Below are positions 48,901 through 58,933 of a stretch of 64,000 bases of DNA, one piece after another; within the stretch, counting starts at the first letter, position 1, and each line of letters starts with the position of its first letter. Source of the stretch: Rhizodiscina lignyota (Eukaryota); contig ML978121.1 of the NCBI GenBank assembly GCA_010015805.1, forward strand, positions 496,001 to 560,000. The letters run 5' to 3'. The notes under the pieces are model-generated. The model did not search any database and was not told where the DNA came from. It saw only the letters and a list, made by a program, of their open reading frames with translations. Both the position numbers and the translations under genes were made by a program.

Positions 48901-49769
48901 TCGCGGAGAATGATACAGACGACTCTGAGGAGTTAAGACAAGAGCTAAACCTGCTTTCACCCCTGCTTCCAGATGAAGAGACACCGGTGCCCAGTAACGA
49001 CGAACACCTCAAAGTCGCGAAGACACGCAGACGTACCAGCATGAGAATTAATGTCGACCCCGAGCCTCCGTCAGCTGCTCCCGGTTCTCCGCTCCCATCA
49101 CCGCGACTTCCCCCGTCACCACGGAGGTCTCACACACCCAAGTCGAACAAGCGGCTGAGCACAGAGTATCGCCTCATCCCGAAGATCACTCCTTCCCCAG
49201 TCTCTCCCTCTTTCCCGCCCATGGCCACAAACCTGGAAGACAGCGACCCCACAACTTCACCCACACCCGTCCAAAACACCTCCCGCACAATGAGCGTTCC
49301 CACTCTCTTGCAATCATCCCTCAGTGACCAATCATCGGAGGGAAGCAGTGGGCGCCCACGCCTCGTTTCGGCCAACTCCGCCCCTGCCCCGGTCCTGGGT
49401 CGCACAACGCCCACCTCCACGCCGTCGGGGGCGTCCTCGTCCTCGTCGACGATCCAGCGGGTCAAGCCGCGTACGATCAACATCGCGAATGTGAAGAAAG
49501 CGTTCAGCGTGGCCCGCGATCCAAGTCCCATGTCAGCGCCGCTTCCCAGACGGAGCGGAAGCAGAGATAGGAGGGAGAAGAAGGCAAAGAGTCGTCAGAG
49601 CTTCCAGGGCATCGATCGGGAGCCTGCCATTGCGGGAGCGAAGATGGAGTCTGGCGAAGGGACGGATAGGTGCAGCGTGAGCGAGGATGTCCTGGCAGCG
49701 TGGGGAAGCCTGGGAGGATGGAGGGGCTTCGATACCGTGGGCGTTGCAGCAGGCAGCGATGGGAATTAG
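45996..49769 (+). CDS. Large single-exon Ser/Pro-rich, probably disordered protein (1257 aa) of unknown function
   Basis: Uninterrupted 3.8 kb ORF with a few ordered-looking islands: LRSYYDAQKSPLLVSQQTSASAVRDMALRKG, IQNWFDGL, LMAVTPEEEALLEMMR.KRAAM, SVSEDVLAAWGSLGG. Confidence 0.85.
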   Translation: MGRTSKFSFSLSGRKGSAAKEPEEHHDVPQWVPAAPSASNMNMSKVERLLGASSLPVRSSPSYNSSERASLNTKPSYMTLTVSEASADYSDHGMTASTAPAQHYRASRGYQSLRHRASSNLLGLSGDHDAPVASSASIDTRDLRAEHSSSTLRSYYDAQKSPLLVSQQTSASAVRDMALRKGMHQVIPLDHDARQDARNMVPESAETSRTASVASTAKQKKPGRLDFSRLFPRPRTSSHNLHGNNDVVKSPDQISVASEHFPPPPPPPMLSPQERPPSRKSNKSSAEPPQSRRNSKATTADRRQSRRSSKAASLLLMKARPESSIRHAKTMSTASSVRSQPYENPKNNVHRPPPGIQNWFDGLLEEEDEDDLEGADEREVEKQPSAPPQTSLDDHDSDESEARDTLPDYEKPPPRDIQPNSLLSHPSLRLISEIPKPSPASVQQPRPTTPRKSSMHSSGQRSRANTSEDNQTTSEQRSVEQRSVEQRSVEQRSIEQRSVEQRSVEQRSPPRLKAQAPPRAISNKAHRHSMMSHTTATTVTSAGSKNSKLADLDLHNSSALSLSSSDEEGDGDLSLPAIRDSINISDLPTENILIGKARAFEVKPKKRPNEPIRVPSTPVESNSTNIIAVRGSDSEESIASEPKSAGPRTERNEQALREFSATHTDGARETPRPHTSGAHMPTRKDRTASPSSGSQKRRSLRSEVTEAASFGHGHKLMAVTPEEEALLEMMRTKRAAMAKHNFKEGYKLAKKQEGKKKEKVSRPPSLHADAVLANMAHAILSSGPNSADPPQDAKDADAVVTVNSTFGEIIDAFPTPSPTSNRFSTTYLPRTEERSGSPGLSVASSSRRGRSKRHSNLSTMSSNVQSMSGTSATSSSPIPNADSSEAESIALLEGSVSEHVSNASTVKRKPGFDRLSLTPMDISIGSLERERSGSVAQQSSTSSPEDEKTQESQRQSSEEIIIEATESVVAENDTDDSEELRQELNLLSPLLPDEETPVPSNDEHLKVAKTRRRTSMRINVDPEPPSAAPGSPLPSPRLPPSPRRSHTPKSNKRLSTEYRLIPKITPSPVSPSFPPMATNLEDSDPTTSPTPVQNTSRTMSVPTLLQSSLSDQSSEGSSGRPRLVSANSAPAPVLGRTTPTSTPSGASSSSSTIQRVKPRTINIANVKKAFSVARDPSPMSAPLPRRSGSRDRREKKAKSRQSFQGIDREPAIAGAKMESGEGTDRCSVSEDVLAAWGSLGGWRGFDTVGVAAGSDGN
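47418..47522 (+). repeat. 7 x 15-bp coding tandem repeat (EQRS[V/I/P])
   Basis: gagcaacggtcagta / gagcaacggtcagtg / gaacaacggtcggtc / gaacagaggtcaatc / gaacagcggtcagtc / gaacaacgttcagtc / gagcagcgctcacca. Confidence 0.9.
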
Positions 49770-50396
49770 GAGGTAATACTTCGTACTGCGTCCGGCGTTC
49801 TCTGGAATTGTGGAAATGGTTCATTTGTTGAAAGGAGGCACCTTCTCTATGTGGGGGATTAAGGTCTATTTGCTTCATATACCAGGACATGTAGGATTCG
49901 GGATTTCGGGGGCTTTTGCGTATCATCTATCGACCACGACACATGCTCCATCTTCATTTTGTCGGAACTGGCAACGACGGTGGTGTGGATATTTTTTGGC
50001 GAAACGCGTAAAAAAAAGCTTCTTGACCGATACGAATATCTAGGGTCTTTTTCATTTTGTCAGCCGTTTCTGTATTACAGTGTATCAGTATACATTTTGT
50101 TCCATGGTACACTTGTTTATTACATAGACGAAATGTAGTTTCCACTTGCTTGAGTTACACTAACAACATCATCCAATACTTGGCGTTCAGCGCCGAATAT
50201 ATGCGCCGTCCTCTTATTATGTGTGTAGTTGAGCAGTCCTCCTCCGCGTCCCCTTGATGCCCCACGCATCCTATTACAGTAAGGCTTTCCCTTGGCGCTC
50301 CCCTTCCAACCTCCCTTTCGAGAGATTTGCATCGACTTGACCTTGCCATCGTCGCCGGGCTACGGCCAGTCCGTAGTAACAGGGTAAGACACTGCC

Positions 50397-51275
50397 ATGC
50401 CAAGAAAGGTATATTATACAATCTTTGGAGAGATGTACAGAGCTTCGCTAAGTCTACGTTGTCGCCTTCTGCAGGCCTCTACGACCGCTCCAGCCGTTCG
50501 GATTCGAGAGAACCAGCGGCGGGCTCGCGCTCGCCGGAAAGAGCTCATCGACGACCTGAAAATTAGAATCCGCAATTACGAAACGCAAGGCATCACGGCG
50601 ACCGCTCAAGTGCAGAAAGCTGCTCAGAAGGTCTTGCTAGAGAACAGAGGGCTTCGCGCTTTGTTGGCGGAAAAAGGTGTCCTGCCGGCAGAAATTGAGG
50701 CATTTCTCCACGGCTGCCATTATGATGCCTCTTTCACTGCCGCCTTACAAACGCCAGAACCGGTCGACATAGCTGATACACGGAGCCAGGCAGCATCGTC
50801 AGTGGACCTTCAGCAGTCAGCGGAGACGCATGCTTCAGATGCCACTAACCAGCTTGTCTCCGCAGCCTCGACTCCCGCTGCACCAATGGACATTGAGTGC
50901 AAAAGTGCGAGTGAGGCCGGCAAGGATGGCGAATTTACCGCATCTTCCCCCGACACGGAGTTACGGTGCGGTGAACAACCAGAGGAAGACTTGGAGCGTG
51001 GGAGTCCGTTGCCGAACTTCCTCGGGCCCGTCTCAGACTGCTACTGCCCAGACATAGAGTCGGTCGCTGGCCAAGCACAGAGCTCAGAGACGGAATGCAG
51101 CGTTGCGGCAAATATCCTCGCTGGTTTTCGGGGCCACGGAGACATTGAACAGGCACGGGCTGAACTTGGCTGTCCCGATACCGCCCAGTGTAGCATCACC
51201 AACGCAGCACTTCTCCACGCCTTAGACTCCGAGCACGCGAGTAATACACCCCATGCAATGCACATGTCACGGTGA
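50397..51275 (+). CDS. bZIP-type transcription factor with Cys-rich C-terminal domain (probable 66-nt in-frame intron 50409-50474)
   Basis: Basic region AVRIRENQRRARARRKELIDDLKIRIRNYE, then coiled coil VQKAAQKVLLENRGLRALL. C-terminal DCYCP...ETECSVAANIL...AELGCPDTAQCSITN. Confidence 0.82.
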   Translation: MPRKVYYTIFGEMYRASLSLRCRLLQASTTAPAVRIRENQRRARARRKELIDDLKIRIRNYETQGITATAQVQKAAQKVLLENRGLRALLAEKGVLPAEIEAFLHGCHYDASFTAALQTPEPVDIADTRSQAASSVDLQQSAETHASDATNQLVSAASTPAAPMDIECKSASEAGKDGEFTASSPDTELRCGEQPEEDLERGSPLPNFLGPVSDCYCPDIESVAGQAQSSETECSVAANILAGFRGHGDIEQARAELGCPDTAQCSITNAALLHALDSEHASNTPHAMHMSR

Positions 51276-51435
51276 CACGTTAGTATCATTCTGTTTTCAT
51301 TTTTCAGCTGCTGGACGAGTTGCTGGACGTCTCTATCTATCAATACACGTCTCAAGCTTCACACTTGGAACATCGACTATCTGTTGAAGCCTTTTCCATC
51401 GTCCAAAGGCGTTGCAGTGCACATGCATGTAAAGT

Positions 51436-51770
51436 TTACAGGATCGGGCTTGCTCCAGGCTGTTCCTCCATATTTACCTGTTTGGCCATTCTCTCCGTCG
51501 TCGGATCTCCGGGTCGCCATCAGGCTCTTGGATGGCCAACGACTGGCGCACGAATGCGGCATCCACAGCGATCTCGGCAACTGGCCGTACGGCAGATAGA
51601 TTGTTCAGATCTCCGTTCGATGAGGCAAGCCTGGTCATGGCCCTCTGTAGAGGTGTCCTGGCCGAGGCTGAAGAAAAGACGGTAGTAAACATTGCGTACG
51701 GATTTTGGGTTCGATAGAAGGGCCTGCGAGCTGGAAAATTGCTGTAGAGTGGACGGAAAGGGGCGGGCAT
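51436..51770 (-). pseudogene. arsH: arsH relic: N-terminal leader joined to a probable C-terminal tail, flavoprotein core missing
   Basis: NGDLNNLSAVRPVAEIAVDAAFVRQSLAIQEPDGDPEIRRR matches my recollection of the fungal ArsH N-terminus (NGDLNN...SLAI...DD.EVR.KYRPFLL). The frame stops about 6 codons later. It lies inside the arsenic cluster. Confidence 0.65.
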
Positions 51771-52049
51771 TGCATTTTCGCGGACATAGAAAAAAGTCGT
51801 GAATTATCAAGAGTTTGAGGTTGTAGCTGGCACGTGATGTAGAGAGATGTCACTGATACGATTTCATTGGTGGAGTATTCAAGAACATCCCTGGCACCTG
51901 GGACATATCTCGCTGACAAAGCTTGCAACGACATCTATGAGTTAGTAAAATAGTGGAGGATACAGAAGGTCAAGAACATTGCCTACCTTTTTCGCCGTCG
52001 ACACTGGAATCCCGATGGCTATATGAAGTTGCCAACATCTCCACCCATC

Positions 52050-53516
52050 ATGGCTCGGACTGGCAGCCCAGATCCTACCAACGACATCGAACTCGACGCC
52101 GCCACGCAAGGCGAACAAAACGCAGACGTCGCAGATGCATCACCTGATGGTGGGTATGGCTGGGTGGTGGTAGCCTCCTGCTTCACCCTAAACGGTTTCA
52201 CGTGGGGCGTAACAGCGGTGCGTGCTTACCAATTCAGAGACCATCACTCTGAAGCGCTTATGATGTATTTGGGTAGTCGTTTGGAGTGTACCTCTCTGAA
52301 TATCTCTCCTTAGGCGTGTTTCCCGAAGCAAGGCCCCTAGACTATGGATTTGTCGGAGGATTCAACTTCGCGTTTGCCATGTTCGTTGCGCCTCTGGCAA
52401 CCTACCTTACCCGAAAGTTCGGTAAACGCTCTGTCCTACTCTGTGGTAGTATTCTTCAATGCAGCGGCTACGTTGCAGCGTCGTTCGCAACAAAGAATTG
52501 GCATCTTTATTTTTCTCAGGGATTACTTGTGGGCTGCGGTATCGGCTTCATTATTATACCGAGCATGGCGATTCTCTCTCAGTGGTTCTCCCGGAGACGA
52601 AGTGTAGCCAATGGTATCAGTTCAGCTGGCTCGGGCGTAGGAGGCGTTATGTTCACATGGGGCACGGCATCCATGATACGATCTATGGGGCTGGCCTGGG
52701 CGCTGCGCACGACTGGACTAGTCACGCTGGCAGCAAACATCACCGCGACACTTTTCATACGAGACAGGAACCACCATATCAGACCGACTCAGCTTGCCTT
52801 TGACGTCACGCTCCTTCGTCGATACGAGGTCATCCTGCTTCTGCTATGGGCTTTTATCACCATGTTTGGATATATCACGTTGCTCTTCTCCCTCTCCGAC
52901 TTTGCCACTTCGATCCATCTTTCCCGCAGCCAGGCAACTGACATTGTTGGTTTCTTGAATCTCGGAACAGCCGTGGGTAGGCCAATCATCGGGATCCTTA
53001 GCGACCGCTTTTCGAGGACCAATACGGCAGCCGTACTTACCCTAGTCTGCGGCCTCATTTGTTTTGCATTGTGGCTGCCAGACACCTCTTTCGGTCTGAC
53101 AGTCTACTTTGCACTAACCTGCGGAGCCATCCTTGGAGTGTTCTGGATGGTTAGTGTGTCCAATTCCCTCTAATGCTTTATTGGCAAGCTATGACCCGTA
53201 TACGAAGCTAATTTTAATACACAGACTATCGGTCCTCTGTGTGTCGAAGTAGCGGGCCTAAAAAACCTCCCTTCCTTGCTGTCCCTCTCTTGGGTCACAA
53301 TCATAATCCCTACAGCCTGTAAGCTTGCCGATGAGGCGGTCTGCCAAGAGGCTAATTAGCACTGTAGCTTCAGAAGCGATTGCGCTGGTCCTACGCCGCC
53401 CGGGGGCGTCGAGGCCGTACCTATATCCGCAAATATTTGCTGGCCTTTCTTACACTATCGCAAGCCTGTTTATGCTTGAGTTATGGCGCGTTCAGCGTCG
53501 TAGACGTGTGCCGTGA
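52050..53516 (+). CDS. MFS transporter, monocarboxylate-porter (MCT/Mch-like) family (introns 52218-52276, 53150-53224, 53319-53367)
   Basis: PDGGYGWVVVASCFTLNGFTWGVTA|SFGVYL, QWFSRRRSVANGISSAGSGVGG, GRPIIGILSDRF; about 12 hydrophobic segments. Confidence 0.9.
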
Positions 53517-53678
53517 AGCTTTTGACGAAGGTAGAACACTATCACATATATCGCTAGCGGTGGCTGTAAAGCGATGCTTTCCAAAGCTCAATGGGACCAC
53601 TAAGTCGCGAGAACAGTTACAAGACCAAACTTTGACCCAGCTTAGATCGTGTGCACCAAGATGAAGATGCTTCCGCTA

Positions 53679-54256
53679 TCAGTTCTTGTGCCAGGCTTTT
53701 GGATCATACTCGTCTATCAACTTGGTGTATTCTGCACCACCATTTGCCCAGCCCGCAATGCCTTCGACCAGGACAAGACTGGCAATGTTGTGATCTCCCT
53801 TTTCTGTGAGGAGATCCTGGAACCAGCCAGCTGCGCGGTTCCCGCGGCCTCGGGAGGAACCTTCGGGAGACATTAGCGGGTCTGCAAGTCGCACTGTACA
53901 GGCAAACAAGTACTTACCACAGTACCAAATCACCCTCGGGATCTTTGCCGCCTTCACGATGGTGTAAAGCGTGGGCAGTGACGGATAGAGTGACTGCGCA
54001 GGCAGGTTCAGGGAGCCGTGTATTGTGCCGCCCTGGTGCAGATTGTTAGTGGAATTACGGCACAGATGCGAGAGCTTCAAACCACATGATCGTTTCTTCG
54101 CAAGTCCACGAGAAGGAAATCATGTCCTGGCGATGCACCAGAGTAAATCATGCGAAGGAAATCGGCGCATGAAAGAGCCGACACGTCCTGGGACTGCACG
54201 GCCGGATACCCATCGTACCAGCGTACCTCAGCTTTGGCTGCCACCTTGTCTTCCAT
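53679..54256 (-). CDS. ACR2: Cdc25/rhodanese-like arsenate reductase (Acr2/Ych1/Ibp1 family) (introns 54033-54082, 53861-53917)
   Basis: FLLVDLRRNDHV|GGTIHGSLNLPAQSLY...VIWYCG|SSRGRGNRAAGWF (CX5R active site)...LVEGIAGW. Divergent from ACR3. Confidence 0.85.
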
Positions 54257-54763
54257 GAATTGCTGATAATAATAAAAATGCAGAGGAAGCGTACGCTATT
54301 AAGGAGCATATTCGTTGTTCGTGGGCATTTCGCCGTGCCCTGATTAAATAAGTATCCATCTCGCTGCCCTTGCGAATGCGGTACTGTTTCCTCGCGTCTG
54401 ATTGGTTCTTTGCGGTGCGTCACAGATACCTTTTAATTGGTGCAAGGCAGCATTTGTTATTTGACTAGCTCCCAGTGCATGCAGTTGAATACTCCTGCAA
54501 GGCGCCTCTAGAAGCGGAAAGTTCCACGAAAAAGGGAGCGTCACCGATTGCTTCTGATTGGCTAGCGACTAGCTACACAGAAACCTATGCTCCATGTTCG
54601 CCTTGCCTTTTGGAATGTGATATAAGCCATGAAATATCGAGACAAAACGACATTCAACCACTACCCAAAGTCCATACTCCTAGATTACACAACGCCTCGT
54701 ACGCTGCGGCTGCTGCACATCTCTCACAATTCCTCAAACGCCATCTCGAGGAATCGACTAACC

Positions 54764-56055
54764 ATGGAATCCAACCACGAACCCATTACTGCGAAAGAAG
54801 TAGACGTAGAAAAGTGCACCAGTCCACCCGCATCCTCCGATGCTCATGTATCAGCCTTCAAAGGCCTCGGATGGCTCGACAGGCTCCTTGCGCTATGGAT
54901 CCTCCTAGCAATGATCATCGGCGTCCTGCTGGGCAACTTCGTCCCAAGTGTCGGACCAGCACTACAGCGGGGCACTTTCGTTGGTGTATCAGTACCTATA
55001 GGTGCGTCTCCATCTCGTCTTCCTCTCCAACCCATGGCTAACGGGCGTTACAGCAATTGGCTTGCTGGTAATGATGTACCCAATCCTCTGCAAAGTAAAG
55101 TTCGAGGCGTTGCATCTCGCATTCCGCCATCGCGCCCTGTGGATCCAGATCGGCTTCAGCATTGTCATAAACTGGTTGCTTGCTCCATTCGTCATGGTAA
55201 CTTCTGCCGCACACGTCGTCGACAATGTCCGGTCGCTGATTGATTTTCTCGTCACAGTTGGGCCTATCTTGGGCCTTTCTTCCCGACAAGTCGGGACTTC
55301 GTGATGGACTTATCTTGGTCGGTTTAGCGCGTTGTATTGCAATGGTAAAGAATGACCCGTTCCGCGGTACCACATTCACGGGCTAACACTTGCTCAAGGT
55401 TCTAATCTGGACGGGGCTCGCCGGCGGCGATACCGAGTACTGCGCGATTCTTGTGGCTGTCAATTCAATTCTGCAGATGGTTCTATACGCACCACTCGCC
55501 ATCCTGTTCATACAGGTAATCGGCAACTCTTCCACTGCCGTAAACGTCTCGTATTCCACCGTGGCAACCAGCGTAGCAGTGTTCTTGGGCATTCCGTTGG
55601 GCGCGGCCATCACCACACGGTTTGCTGTGCGCAAGCTGACAAGTCCGACGTGGTACGACCAGACGTTCCTGAAGTGGATTGCACCGTGGTCGCTGATCGG
55701 CCTGCTCTACACCATTCTTGTCCTCTTCGCTTCCAAAGGACACCAAGTTGTGCACCAGATCGTCTCCGTCGTCAGAGTTGCTGCGCCCCTGATTGTATAC
55801 TTCGTCATCATATTCTTCTTTACGCTCATCGTATGCCGTCGGCTCGGCTTTGGATACCGGCTTTCCAGCACCCAGAGCTTTACCGCTGCAAGCAACAACT
55901 TCGAACTAGCGATCGCCGTCGCCGTCGCAACATTTGGTCCCAACAGTGACCAGGCTTTAGCATCGACAGTCGGACCTCTTATCGAGGTTCCAGTCCTTCT
56001 CGCTTTAGTGTATCTTGTGCGGTGGATAGCAAACAGGTGGCAGTGGAAGGAATGA
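54764..56055 (+). CDS. ACR3: Arsenite efflux transporter Acr3 (introns 55002-55053, 55197-55257, 55345-55398)
   Basis: LDRLLALWILLAM, GLLVMMYPILCKV, NWLLAPFVM, GLARCIAMV (conserved Cys), AASNNFELAIAVA, GPLIEVPVL. Confidence 0.95.
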
Positions 56056-58933
56056 CTGAAGATGGGGCTGAAGACAGTATACAGCTCACGAGCTGAATGC
56101 AAAACAGCATGAAATAGTTATAACGTGTATAGCAAGAGCTGAGGCTGAGGGAGTTGGTCGACATGTCAGTGGTCGCGTCACGGTGCTGTTGAGGCTTCGT
56201 TCGTTGTAAGGTCAACGCTTGCCTCGCAAGTTGTACATTAGGGCATTACATTCAGAGGACCGGATGACATCGTCGAAGCACCAGTTATTTTAACTTAACT
56301 CAGTTACGTGGGAAGGAAAGGTGAGGCGCGAGGAGGTAAAAGGTTCCGGTATTCGAAGCTGTCACAGGTTAGCCGGAGTAAAGACGGAGACAAAGTTGAA
56401 CCAAACAGACGAGTCTACCAATAAGGCAGTATAGAGTGGGGTGTGGGTGGGATGTGGGATGCACCCAGTTGTGCTCGACTATGCAAGAGAAAAGACATGA
56501 TTGAGATTCAAATGACTGCAGACTGCCAGAAGAACAACGCACTCTCCCGAACAGTCTGGCACATTGTTCATGTCCTTTGGGTCCAGGTCGCTTTTCCACC
56601 AGAAACAGACAAGTATACAATGCCACAGAAATACGAGGAGCAGATACGCGAGGAAGAGTCTCCCATCTCACCTTGGAAATAATCCGAAATCGATTCTCCT
56701 GAATCTCACACAAGTTGTAAGTTCTCGGAATCATCGCTTACCTAGCTCGAAGATTACGATCTCCCCTTTTGGAGAATTTGAAAATCGAGTACGATATGTA
56801 TCATCGCTCTCAGGAGTGTTTACGTGCGAAATGTGGGACGTGTAGAGACAGCGAAGTTGGGTCATGGGAGCTAGTTAAAGCTATCGATGACACGAACCGT
56901 ACAGACTCCAGAGTACTCTGACAGGCCTCGGAGGCGGTTTGCCATTGGTTCGGTTAAGCATTCTGGGGGAGCTGGCATGTTGACGAATCCACTCATTAGA
57001 TGGTGAGTTAAATTTAGGTCATGAACGACGCTCGGTACCGCGTGCGGCAGCCTTTCCGAAAGACAAATCATGACGATCGCTGGGATAAGCCAGTAGGAAC
57101 TCCAGGAACGTAAAATTGTGAGGACTTCAAGAGGATCCACTGGGTGTTCTGACCGCTGCGCTGATTCTTCCCGAGAAATCCGCTCATAGTGCAAGATGGA
57201 TCATCAAGCACGGGCCGAAGAGTCTTGGAGTCTGACAGAGGGTAACCAACGGACCAAGAGAAACGGGATATATCTCTGTCCGAGCCAAGTATAAGGCTAT
57301 GGAGAAGAGTATAATTCAAGCTCAGGATGACGTGCCGAGATCGTGGTGTGGGGTCCAAGGTACTTCATTCCTGCTAAATCAGTCAAAATCTGTGTCTTGA
57401 ACTGGGATGTCGAGCCAAGGTGAAGCGCTGCATGCCAAGTTGAAATGAGGGCTACCCAAGAGTGACAGCTCACGAGAGATGCAAGACTCGAAAACAGACG
57501 TTTGGGGGATCCCTAAGTTTGAAAGAGGGGCTGCTCGTAAAGGAACTTGGCGAAATTATGATGACTATGTAATAATAATGTTCCTGGATTTCCGTTTCCA
57601 TTTGTCTTCATTTTAAACCCTTGCAAGGAACCGATGAAAATGACAGATTCCAATAGGGTAAATGCAAGGGGAATTGGCACAGTCAGAACCGTAATAAATG
57701 GCTGCACCTTATTTCCGCGCAGATCATGCTACCTCCTCTGATATGTGATTTCGTCAACTTCGAAGCTCGACGACACTGAGGATCCGTGCTGCGGCCCATC
57801 GCCAAGTTTGAAGGCTTTAGTAGCGCGATCTTGATTTCTAAAGTTGGGGTCGCAAACCCAGTTTAGTTCGACGGGATGGCGTCTGGGGAAGAAAGGCTGA
57901 ATACGGGTTGAAGACGAAAGGCGACATGGTCAGAGAACGTGCACCAAATCTCCTGGAAGTAGACTTGTGCATCTCCATCACATCTTGACTGCCTCGGAAG
58001 CCGACCGAATGAGCATATTGCTCGGACGAGACGGTAAGGACGAGAAAAGGTGTGCGGTCAGCGAGGGCGGAGTGGAAGCTGAAGAGTGGCGGAGCGCAGG
58101 CATGATTTCTTGGCGGGTCGGTCAGCGCGCTTCCACCTTCAGTGGGCTCACTTTCTCCCAGCCCTTTGCTGAACTGGGTCCAGATGCGCTCTGAACACAC
58201 TGCACGGCTGATCGCTGGCCAAGACATCATGCATACGATCCTAATATCGATGCGAACTGGGGAAAGCCTTCATACGCCTGGCACTGGTGAGAGATGGAGG
58301 GGAGACTTCACCTCACTGGCACTTCTCCATGTTGTCTACAAACGTTATACAACACAACAAGACTGGTTCTACGATCAGGATCAGACAGCGCTCGATTCTG
58401 TTCAAGCGTGATCTTCATCAGGATCCAGATTCAGTGTTCGTATCGTTCGAATCCTGCTTTGATGGTCTTCCTGGAGACTATTCTGGGCTTAGGGTGAAGA
58501 GGTGTCAGCAAGCGAGAGGCTCATCTTACGCTTGGTATTGGAACCTGAGCAGCTAATCTTGGAGATTCTCTTACACTTTTTTTCTTCGTTGTCTGCTTTT
58601 GCTCGTGGAGCCAAGCAATTTCTCTTCTCATCGCATAATTCTTTCCGCTCCTTGTCTTGTTGCCCTGTCTGTCATTTGCCAGATGCCATGCATCCCCAAC
58701 CGGTGAGGCCCTGCTCATCACCTTTTCCGCTTTTGGAACCAGAATCTTTGGCAGGCATACGGCCTTGCCAGCAGTGCATTGGATGTGGTACAAAAGGGCT
58801 TCGAGTTCCTCACCATGGACTGTTCTTCAGCACAGCAGCCTCAACTAACAATTGCTTAATATTTCATCAGTAATCTTTCCTTGTTTCCTTATTCCATTAT
58901 TCTCCTCATTAATCTTGCATTCAATCATTCAAG

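Noticed and set aside
51635..51934. 99-aa minus-strand ORF in the arsenic cluster
   Set aside because: It overlaps the arsH relic in another frame and the divergent promoter, and has no motif.
56100..58600. Several short ORFs downstream of ACR3 that might be a decayed gene or the missing arsM
   Set aside because: No methyltransferase, transposase or other motif is recognisable, and no consistent exon chain can be built.
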